Assembly: GCA_900661335.1 (NCBI GenBank)
Contig: CAACVY010000002.1
Span: forward strand, 3,955-67,954
From: an uncultured bacterium
Lineage (GTDB): Bacteria > Verrucomicrobiota > Kiritimatiellia > PWTM01
Direction of reading: 5' to 3'
Length of the DNA: 64,000 bases
The notes under the pieces were generated by a model. It ran no database searches and was not told where the DNA came from. It worked only from the letters and a program-made list of their open reading frames with translations. This document shows, piece after piece, positions 56,922 to 64,000 of the stretch. Position 1 is the stretch's first letter. Every line of letters begins with the position of its first letter. The position numbers were made by a program, and so were the translations under genes.

Positions 56922-58808
56922 ATGGCGACGATTCCAACTGCGTACGATCCAGAGTGGATGAACAAATATCGGGATCGGATCGCGACGCCCCAAGAGGCCG
57001 TCCGCGCGATCCGCCCGGGCCAGCGGGTCTTTGTGGGCACCGGGTGCGCCCAACCGGTGGAGTTGGTGCGTGCGATGGTCGAACGCACGGACTTGCTGGA
57101 TGTGGAAGTGGTGCATTTGCTGACCATCGGCGATGCCCCATATGCCCACCGAGATCTCGTGGACCGCTTTCGCGTGAACAGCTTTTTCATTGCCGCCAAC
57201 GTGCGCGGCTTGATCCAGGAAGGGCTGGGCGACTATACCCCCATTTCGCTTTCGGATATCCCCAGGCTTTTTTCCGAAGGTCGCCTACCGCTGGACGTGG
57301 CGCTGATCCAAGTGACACCGCCGGATGAACACGGTCGGTGCAGTCTGGGGATTTCGGTGGATATTTGTAAGAGCGCCGCGGAGAATGCACGGCTAGTGAT
57401 TGCGCAAGTCAATCCTCGAATGCCGCGGACCCTCGGCAATTCTTTTTTGAACATCTACGACCTGGACATCCTTGTGCCGGTGGACGCACCCCTCGCCGAG
57501 TACCAATCGCCGGAGCCCGACGAGGTCATTACCAAGATCGCGGAGTATGTCGCTGCACTGGTGGAAGACCATTCGACCATTGAGTTGGGAATCGGGGCAA
57601 TTCCTCAGGCGGTTGCGAAGTTTTTGCGTGGCAAAAAGGACTTGGGCGTTCACACGGAGATGTTCACGGATAGCATGATCGACCTGATCGAGTCGGGAGC
57701 GGTGACGGGTCGGCACAAAACGATCGACCGCGGAAAAGTGGTCGCCAGTTTTTGCTTGGGCAGCCAGCGGTTGTACGAGTATGTCCACAACAACCCCCGG
57801 TTCGCATTCCACCCCACCGAGTACGTCAACGATGTGGAGATCATCGGACGTCAGAGCAAAATGATCGCGATCAACGTTGCGCTGGAGGTGGACCTGACTG
57901 GGCAGGTGTGCGCGGACTCGATCGGAACGCGGTTTTATTCCGGCATTGGTGGGCAGCTGGATTTCACGCGCGGTGCGGCTCGGTCGGAAGGAGGACGGGC
58001 CATCATCGCGCTGCGTTCCACGGCAGAAACTCCCGAAGGGTGCGTTTCTCGGATCGTTACCCGGTTGAGTCCAGGCGCGGGTGTGGTCACCCCGCGGGGT
58101 GACGTCCATTATGTGGTGACCGAGTACGGCGTAGCCTACCTTCACGGGAAAAACATCCATGAGCGCGCCCTGGCGCTGATCTCGATCGCCCACCCGGACT
58201 TCCGCGCGCAACTCCTCCGCGAAGCGGTCGACGTGCGCTATTTGCGCCCGGAAATGAAAGACCTCGAGGGTCGATTGGTGGTCGGCCCACAGCAGTTCCG
58301 AACCACGAAGGTGCTTGAAGATGGAACGCAGATCACCTTCCGACCCATCCACCCCACCGACGAGCCGCGGATGAAGGAGCTGTTCTACGCGCTGTCGCAA
58401 GAAACCATTTACTACCGTTTCATGACGCGCAGCTATCAAATCCCGCGGCGAGAGTTTCAGGACTTCGTGTTCATCGATCACCGCCGGGACGTTGCGATCG
58501 TCGCGACCCTGCCGGCGCCGTACGGAGAAGAGATCATTGCGGTCGGCCGATATTACCTTGATGAAAAAACTAACTACGCAGAGGTTGCGTTCGTCGTTCG
58601 CGACGATTGGCAGAATCGCGGGATCGGTACGATGTTGCTGCATCACCTGGAGAACATCGCAAAGCGCAATGGTATCGCAGGTTTTACGGCCGAAGTTCTC
58701 AAAGAAAACCGTGCCATGCAACGCGTGTTCGCAAAGAGCCAACACCGGGTCACGGCGGTGCCGTCCGAGGACGTGGTCAGCTTTCGGATCGATTTCTCTG
58801 GTCATTGA
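56922..58808 (+). CDS. Acetyl-CoA hydrolase/transferase-family domain fused to C-terminal GNAT acetyltransferase
   Basis: The N-terminal ~430 aa are 4-hydroxybutyrate-CoA-transferase-like (GQRVFVGTGCAQP...GIGGQLDF). The C-terminus is GNAT (AFVVRDDWQNRGIGTMLLHHLENIAKRNG). ATG lies 8 nt after the upstream stop. Confidence 0.75.
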   Translation: MATIPTAYDPEWMNKYRDRIATPQEAVRAIRPGQRVFVGTGCAQPVELVRAMVERTDLLDVEVVHLLTIGDAPYAHRDLVDRFRVNSFFIAANVRGLIQEGLGDYTPISLSDIPRLFSEGRLPLDVALIQVTPPDEHGRCSLGISVDICKSAAENARLVIAQVNPRMPRTLGNSFLNIYDLDILVPVDAPLAEYQSPEPDEVITKIAEYVAALVEDHSTIELGIGAIPQAVAKFLRGKKDLGVHTEMFTDSMIDLIESGAVTGRHKTIDRGKVVASFCLGSQRLYEYVHNNPRFAFHPTEYVNDVEIIGRQSKMIAINVALEVDLTGQVCADSIGTRFYSGIGGQLDFTRGAARSEGGRAIIALRSTAETPEGCVSRIVTRLSPGAGVVTPRGDVHYVVTEYGVAYLHGKNIHERALALISIAHPDFRAQLLREAVDVRYLRPEMKDLEGRLVVGPQQFRTTKVLEDGTQITFRPIHPTDEPRMKELFYALSQETIYYRFMTRSYQIPRREFQDFVFIDHRRDVAIVATLPAPYGEEIIAVGRYYLDEKTNYAEVAFVVRDDWQNRGIGTMLLHHLENIAKRNGIAGFTAEVLKENRAMQRVFAKSQHRVTAVPSEDVVSFRIDFSGH

Positions 58809-59482
58809 ATTGCAGTGCGGTTGTGGGCGGAGGATAGGGTACCCGAACCGTGCACGGTGGAACCTCACGCAGCAGGTCAACGTGCGGCCATACACCGAGC
58901 GCGAGCTTGCGCGGAGGCCCAGAACGCGCGGAGTCCGACGCCGTGGACGCGGCCCGTGCGAAGGGCACTGCCGTCGTCGGCCCCCCAATGTGGATGAATG
59001 GCCAATGTTGAATCATCCGCGTCTCATGCCCTGGTCCAGAGGACATGCTCGCGGACTGAGTCTTCTGCGGAGCCCCATCGTGGTAGGCGGTGTGGTGTGA
59101 GGTTGCGCGGTGATCCCCCGCAACCGGCGGGCGCGGTTAGGTCGAATGGGAACATCCGCGCGGACCCGCCGACCTGCGTGGAATCGAGGGTGGAAAGGCG
59201 GGGCGGGCGTCGGAAGGGACTTTAGGTCGGGCAGAGGGGATTGGGGACCCGAGGTCTCAAAGCCGAGGCATGATGGCAGAACTTCGGTGGCCGAATGACT
59301 TGATCGGACGAGACTTGACACCACGGACAAGCGGAGGTAGGTTCAGCGCGTGATCCGACGCTCCCATCGTAGTGCTGGTGTAGTCGTCACGGGGTTGGAC
59401 CTCGGTGGCTTGCGACTGCGTCCGCGCCGCGGTGGGCGCCGGATCGGACGTGGACAGTAAGCGTGGTCCGGCTTCCAAGGCT

Positions 59483-59516
59483 AGCCCCACCGCATGAAGG
59501 ATGGGGCTTTTTTGTT
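59483..59516 (+). terminator. Strong rho-independent terminator-like hairpin 30 nt upstream of the leuA ATG
   Basis: AGCCCCA(CC)-loop-(GG)aTGGGGCT followed by TTTTTTGTTG. Confidence 0.5.
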
Positions 59517-59546
59517 GTGGAGCCTATTGGTACGGAAGGAGAGCCG

Positions 59547-61142
59547 ATGAAAGCGAAAGTCGAACGGGTGCGGATATTCGATACCACCCTCCGCGACGGA
59601 GAGCAGTGTCCCGGCGCTTCGATGACCGCCCGCGAAAAATTGGAGATCGCGCGGCAGTTGGCGCGGCTCGGTGTGGACGTGATCGAGGCAGGCTTCCCGG
59701 TCATCAGCCAGGGTGACTTTGACGCGGTGCAGACCATTGCGCGGGAGGTGCGCGGACCAATCATCGCAGGGTTGGCTCGATGTGTACCGAAGGATATCGA
59801 AGCAGCCGGTCTCGCGGTACGTCCTGCGGGGGCCAAAGGGCGGATCCACGTGTTTCTGGCCACGTCGAAGATTCATCGCGAGTTCAAGCTTCACAAAGCT
59901 CAAGAGGAAATCCTTCGCTTGGCGGTTGAAGGCGTCCGTCTGGCGCGGCAATACACGGACGATGTTGAATTCTCGCCGGAGGACGCATCCCGGACCGAAC
60001 CGGAGTTTTTGCTCCAAGTGTGCCGTGCCGTGATCGAGGCCGGGGCGCGGACGGTGAACATTCCCGACACGGTGGGCTACGCCACTCCGGACGAGTTCGG
60101 CACGCTCATCCGGTACCTGCGCGACAACGTACCGGCGTTCACCTCTGGTGAGGCGATCATCAGCGTGCACTGCCACAACGATCTGGGGTTGGCGGTGGCC
60201 AATTCCTTGGCCGCGGTTCGGAACGGAGCACGGCAGGTGGAATGTACGATCAACGGGATCGGCGAACGTGCGGGCAATGCGGCGCTGGAAGAGATCGTGA
60301 TGATCCTGCGTACGCGGCGCGACCTGTTTGGCCATGTAACGACGGGCATTCGAACGCAGGAGATCCTCAAAACCTCTCGGCTTGTATCGCGGTTGAGTGG
60401 CTTACTGGTGCAGCGGAACAAAGCCATTGTGGGCGAGAACGCGTTTGCGCACTCTAGCGGCATCCATCAGGATGGGATCCTCAAGAAGCGGGAAACCTAC
60501 GAGATCATGGACCCGCGCGAGGTGGGTTGGGGCCAGAGCGAATTGCCGCTGACCAAACACAGCGGCCGGCACGCGGTCGCGGTACGGCTCAAGCAATTGG
60601 GCTTTCGGCTGAGCGAAAAAGACATCAACGACATCTTCGAGCGGTTCAAGGAGATCGGCGACAAGAAGAAGTTTGTCTATGACGATGATTTGGTGTCCCT
60701 GGTGGAGAACCACATCGCCGAGGTCCCGCTGACTTGGTCGCTCGAATATCTTGGGTTCAGTAGCGGGAACCGAGCCATTCCGACCGCCACGGTGCAGTTG
60801 GTGCGGCATGGTACGAAGGCGGGAGAACGGGAAGTGCGACAGGAAGCGGGCACGGGCGATGGGCCGGTTCATGCGGCGATCCGCGCCATTGACCGCATCG
60901 TGGGGCTGTCGGGCCAGTTGGTGGAGTACAACCTGCGGGCGGTGTCCGAAGGTACCGACGCGATGGGCGAAGTCACGGTGAAGGTTCGGTTTGACCAAGG
61001 CGAGCCGGTGGTGGGGCGCGGGGCCAGCACCGACGTAGTCGAAGCCAGCGCGCGTGCGTACTTGAACGCGGTCAACCGGTATTTGTACACTCGCGCTGCG
61101 ACCGGGCGGCGGACTCGTGCGCGCAAGGACGGAGAACCGTGA
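59547..61142 (+). CDS. leuA: 2-isopropylmalate synthase
   Basis: VRIFDTTLRDGEQCPGASM, HCHNDLGLAVANSLAA, and a LeuA regulatory C-terminal domain. GGAAGGAGAG RBS. Confidence 0.9.
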   Translation: MKAKVERVRIFDTTLRDGEQCPGASMTAREKLEIARQLARLGVDVIEAGFPVISQGDFDAVQTIAREVRGPIIAGLARCVPKDIEAAGLAVRPAGAKGRIHVFLATSKIHREFKLHKAQEEILRLAVEGVRLARQYTDDVEFSPEDASRTEPEFLLQVCRAVIEAGARTVNIPDTVGYATPDEFGTLIRYLRDNVPAFTSGEAIISVHCHNDLGLAVANSLAAVRNGARQVECTINGIGERAGNAALEEIVMILRTRRDLFGHVTTGIRTQEILKTSRLVSRLSGLLVQRNKAIVGENAFAHSSGIHQDGILKKRETYEIMDPREVGWGQSELPLTKHSGRHAVAVRLKQLGFRLSEKDINDIFERFKEIGDKKKFVYDDDLVSLVENHIAEVPLTWSLEYLGFSSGNRAIPTATVQLVRHGTKAGEREVRQEAGTGDGPVHAAIRAIDRIVGLSGQLVEYNLRAVSEGTDAMGEVTVKVRFDQGEPVVGRGASTDVVEASARAYLNAVNRYLYTRAATGRRTRARKDGEP

Positions 61143-62014
61143 CGACCACTGAGCTACGCTGGGAGCCCAACGGCCGTACTCGCTTGTTTGGGGTACTGGG
61201 ACACCCGATCGAACATACGCTGTCACCGGCGATGCACAACGCCGCGTTTCGTACGTTGGGAATCAACGCAATCTACTTGGCGTTCGATGTGCCGCCTGAG
61301 GATGTGAGTACGGTCTTGGCGGCCCTGCGGGCGGTCCGTGCAGGCGGGGTGAACGTGACTGTGCCTCTGAAAGAAGTCGTCGCCGCCCAGGTCACGCGGC
61401 TGCATGAATCGGCTCGGCGCGCCGGCGCGGTGAATACGGTCGTGTTTACCGAGGATGGCACGGTGGGTTACAGCACCGACGGCGAAGGGTTTCTGCGCGG
61501 ACTTCGCGAAGCATTCGGTGGCGAGCCGACGGGTCGTCGCGTGTTTGTGCTGGGCGCGGGTGGAGCGGGGAGGACGGTCGCCTTGGAGTGCGCACGGTTT
61601 GGGGCAGCGTCGGTCTACGTGAGCGATGTGCGGGCAGACCGCGTGGACCGCTTGGTGAGTGAACTTCGTGCCGTGGCGCCGACTTGCGAGTGCGGCGGGG
61701 GAGGTGTGGAGCAGGCCGTGGAACTGGCCTGCGCCGCGGATCTCATCATCCAAGCCACGCCGGTGGGGATGCGGCAGGAGGATCCGTCGCCGCTACCGCC
61801 GGAGGCATTTCGAGCCGGCGTGTGGGCCTACGATCTGATCTACCATTGGCCGGAAACGCCGTTCATGCGCACCGCGCGCGCGGCGGGAGCCCAGGCTGCG
61901 AATGGGCTCGGCATGCTGTTGCATCAAGGCGCCCGGGCCTGGGAGATCTGGATGGGCCGGCCTGCGCCCATCGAAGTGATGCGCGCTGCGCTGAAGAAGG
62001 CCGTCTATGGATAA
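61139..62014 (+). CDS. aroE: Shikimate dehydrogenase
   Basis: LFGVLGHPIEHTLSPAMHNAAF, NVTVPLK, and GAGGAGR Rossmann motif. GTG overlaps the leuA stop (GTGA). Confidence 0.85.
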   Translation: MTTTELRWEPNGRTRLFGVLGHPIEHTLSPAMHNAAFRTLGINAIYLAFDVPPEDVSTVLAALRAVRAGGVNVTVPLKEVVAAQVTRLHESARRAGAVNTVVFTEDGTVGYSTDGEGFLRGLREAFGGEPTGRRVFVLGAGGAGRTVALECARFGAASVYVSDVRADRVDRLVSELRAVAPTCECGGGGVEQAVELACAADLIIQATPVGMRQEDPSPLPPEAFRAGVWAYDLIYHWPETPFMRTARAAGAQAANGLGMLLHQGARAWEIWMGRPAPIEVMRAALKKAVYG

Positions 62015-62846
62015 GATGATCGGCGCGCTATACAACCCGTCAGCTCTGGCGGTCATGGCGTCGCTGTTCGGCGCTTGTGTGGGCAGCTTCCTCAACGTGT
62101 GCATTTACCGCTTACCACGCGGCTTGTCGGTGGTCCATCCACGGTCGCGATGCTCTGCGTGCGGCACCCCCATTGCATGGTACGACAATCTCCCCCTGAT
62201 CAGTTGGTGGGTGCTCCGGGGTCGGTGTCGCGCGTGCGGGGCGCCCTTCTCGATTCGGTATTGGGTGGTCGAGGCGCTCACCGCCGGCCTGTGGGCTGCC
62301 GTCGCGTGGACCTATGGGTGGAGCATTCATACGCTGGTCTACTGTGTCGCCGTGGCCGGACTGATCTTGGCCACGTTCGTGGATTTGGATGCGATGTACA
62401 TTCCTGATCGTGTTTCGCTCGGTGGTGGGTCGCTCGCGCTTATTGCCAGCGCGCTTTGGCCGGACTTACATGATACTCACGATGCGTGGGAAGCGCTGAT
62501 CCGTTCAGCCGTGGGCGCTGCGTTGGGGGCCGGTTTGCTCGGCGGATTGGGCTGGTTGGGCACGCGGCTGTTCGGCGAGGAAGCGATGGGCTTGGGGGAT
62601 GTGAAGCTGATGGGAGCGATCGGCGCGTTGGTGGGCTGGCGGGGGGTCTTGTTCACGTTCTTCGTTTCCGCTTGCGCCGGCGCGGTGGTCGGGCTGACCC
62701 TCGTGGCCATGGGGCGCCGCCAACTGCGTAGCGCCATTCCATTCGGCCCGTTTCTGTCGTTCGCGGCCGTCTGGTGGTTGCTGGGCGGCGAATGGCTCTG
62801 GAATCGCTACTGGTGGGCTTTGTCGAGCTGGGTGCGCGACATATGA
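62007..62846 (+). CDS. pilD: Prepilin peptidase (A24 family, PilD-like)
   Basis: N-terminal Cys pairs (CSACGTPI...CRACGAPF), polytopic body, and GLGDVKLMGAIGA. Overlaps the aroE end by 8 nt. Confidence 0.85.
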   Translation: MDKMIGALYNPSALAVMASLFGACVGSFLNVCIYRLPRGLSVVHPRSRCSACGTPIAWYDNLPLISWWVLRGRCRACGAPFSIRYWVVEALTAGLWAAVAWTYGWSIHTLVYCVAVAGLILATFVDLDAMYIPDRVSLGGGSLALIASALWPDLHDTHDAWEALIRSAVGAALGAGLLGGLGWLGTRLFGEEAMGLGDVKLMGAIGALVGWRGVLFTFFVSACAGAVVGLTLVAMGRRQLRSAIPFGPFLSFAAVWWLLGGEWLWNRYWWALSSWVRDI

Positions 62847-63418
62847 ACGATCTTCCTCCGGACGCCAACCTCGTCCTGATGGGTTTCATGGGCACTGGGA
62901 AGTCCGAGGTCGGACGCCGCGCAGCCATGACATTGGGACGCGAGTTCGTGGATATGGACTCAGTGATCGAGGAACGAGAAGGGCGGTCGATTCCGGAGAT
63001 TTTCCGTGACTCTGGAGAACCTTATTTCCGTGCGCTCGAACGAGCACTCGTGGGAGAACTCGCGGCTCGACGCAATCTCGTGATCGCCTGCGGAGGTGGT
63101 GTCGTACTGGATCCGTCCAACGTCCACCGCTTCGAGGAGACCGGCGTGGTGGTGTGTTTGACCGCTACGCCGGAGACCATTCTCCAGCGGGTGGCCCATG
63201 ATACTCACCGGCCGTTGTTGCAGGCGCCGGACCGCGAACAACGCATTCGTGAATTACTGGAACAACGGCGCCCGTTCTACGAGGCTATTCGGTACCGCGT
63301 GGACACCACGAGCCGGTCCCCCGAGGAGGTCACCTGCGCGGTGTTGGAAGTCTTCCGCCGCGTGGTCAGCGGGTCGCCGGACCGTTCGCCAGGCTGTCAC
63401 GGAGCCTCGGGCGAGTAG
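62843..63418 (+). CDS. aroK: Shikimate kinase
   Basis: P-loop LMGFMGTGKSEVGR, followed by DMDSVIEEREGRSIPEIF. ATG overlaps the pilD stop (ATGA). Confidence 0.85.
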   Translation: MNDLPPDANLVLMGFMGTGKSEVGRRAAMTLGREFVDMDSVIEEREGRSIPEIFRDSGEPYFRALERALVGELAARRNLVIACGGGVVLDPSNVHRFEETGVVVCLTATPETILQRVAHDTHRPLLQAPDREQRIRELLEQRRPFYEAIRYRVDTTSRSPEEVTCAVLEVFRRVVSGSPDRSPGCHGASGE

Positions 63419-63450
63419 AACCGCCGCACGCACAGCCGCGCCCCGTTCAC

Positions 63451-64000
63451 TCACTTCACGAAGTGCTCGTATCCCTGTTCAGTCAATCGCCAGCGTTGCC
63501 CCCCTTGGAGTAGCACCGGGTCTCGCTGTCGAGGATCCGCAGGGACGATCCGGCCGATCTCGCTCAACGGCACGCGTGGAAACTTTTTACGCCAGAGCCG
63601 CACCAGGCGGGCTGCGCGGGTAGGACGCACAGTAAAGAGAAGCTCGAAGTCTTCCCCGTCGCACAGGGCGTGGTGGAGCGGGGATTGGTGATCGTCAAGC
63701 CGACGGGCGGCGCGTGCAATTGGGATCGCCTCAGCGACCAATTCCGCGCCTACATGGCTTTCTTCCATCAAGCGACGGAGATCCGAAGCCAGGCCGTCGC
63801 TGAGGTCCAACATGGCGGTGGCCCAGCGCCCCGCCGCCAACCATCGGCCTTCGTCCACGCGAGGCTGGAACGTGAGATGATGCCCCAGGATGCTACCCCC
63901 GAGTCGTCCGGTCACGAACAACCGATCGCCTGGGCGGGCCCCACTGCGAAGCACTGCAGTACCCTGAGGCACCCGACCAACGCCGAACGCGTGGAGCTCT
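63451..64000 (-). CDS. thiL: Thiamine-monophosphate kinase, C-terminal part (5' end beyond window)
   Basis: PGDRLFVTGRLGGS...MLDLSDGLASDLRRL...GEDFELLFTV. The reading frame stays open to the window edge. Confidence 0.75.
   Translation of the reverse strand, partial: ELHAFGVGRVPQGTAVLRSGARPGDRLFVTGRLGGSILGHHLTFQPRVDEGRWLAAGRWATAMLDLSDGLASDLRRLMEESHVGAELVAEAIPIARAARRLDDHQSPLHHALCDGEDFELLFTVRPTRAARLVRLWRKKFPRVPLSEIGRIVPADPRQRDPVLLQGGQRWRLTEQGYEHFVK

Noticed and set aside
59494-59550. 18-codon uORF MKDGAFLLWSLLVRKESR, whose stop overlaps the leuA ATG, as a leucine leader peptide
   Set aside because: Its ATG lies in the terminator loop and its Leu/Phe codons are just the terminator T-run. A classical attenuator has the leader peptide upstream of the terminator. 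It is kept only as a curiosity under the pre-leuA finding.

Overview
This is a GC-rich bacterial chromosomal segment (roughly 60-65% G+C by eye), densely coded on both strands. Pseudopilin-type 'GFTLIELLVV' proteins, sulfatases, an NPCBM-GH27 enzyme and a BNR sialidase suggest the PVC superphylum (Verrucomicrobiota/Planctomycetota); that assignment is inference only. I support about 50 protein genes.

Housekeeping genes: topA 3' end, rpe-lepA-lepB, deoC-deoB, rmuC, rpmH-rnpA-yidD-yidC-jag, mutY, feoB, plsY-gpsA, folK and leuA-aroE-pilD-aroK. thiL runs off the 3' edge.

Sugar and glycan genes: fucP, two AraA/FucI-family isomerases, a uxaC-SDR-LarA-like operon, a WbsX/GH99-like protein, a sulfatase, an alpha-galactosidase and a sialidase-like protein.

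rpmH (44 codons) is missing from the ORF track and was recovered by hand translation. I saw no rRNA, intact tRNA, CRISPR array, transposase or integrase. Start/stop overlaps of 4 nt (ATGA/GTGA) occur at nine gene junctions or more.

The most unusual signal is non-coding. A palindrome core TCCAA-N3-TTGGA occurs in sets phased exactly 32 bp apart at three separate intergenic loci (about 1933-2009, 34509-34553 and 50116-50336). I cannot assign it to any known element class.

Other notable items:
- a tandem pair of double-domain retropepsin-like lipoproteins (one with DTG motifs, one degenerate) packed behind plsY-gpsA
- a LarA-family gene inside a hexuronate operon
- a CoA-transferase::GNAT fusion next to an ADP-forming acyl-CoA synthetase
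- MutY carrying a complete Nudix box
- a DtxR-FeoA-FeoA fusion coupled to feoB
- a heavily frameshifted sulfatase pseudogene beside an orphan tRNA T-arm-like element
- an ORF-poor stretch ending in a strong terminator 30 nt before leuA

All calls rest on motif recognition by eye; no database search was possible.
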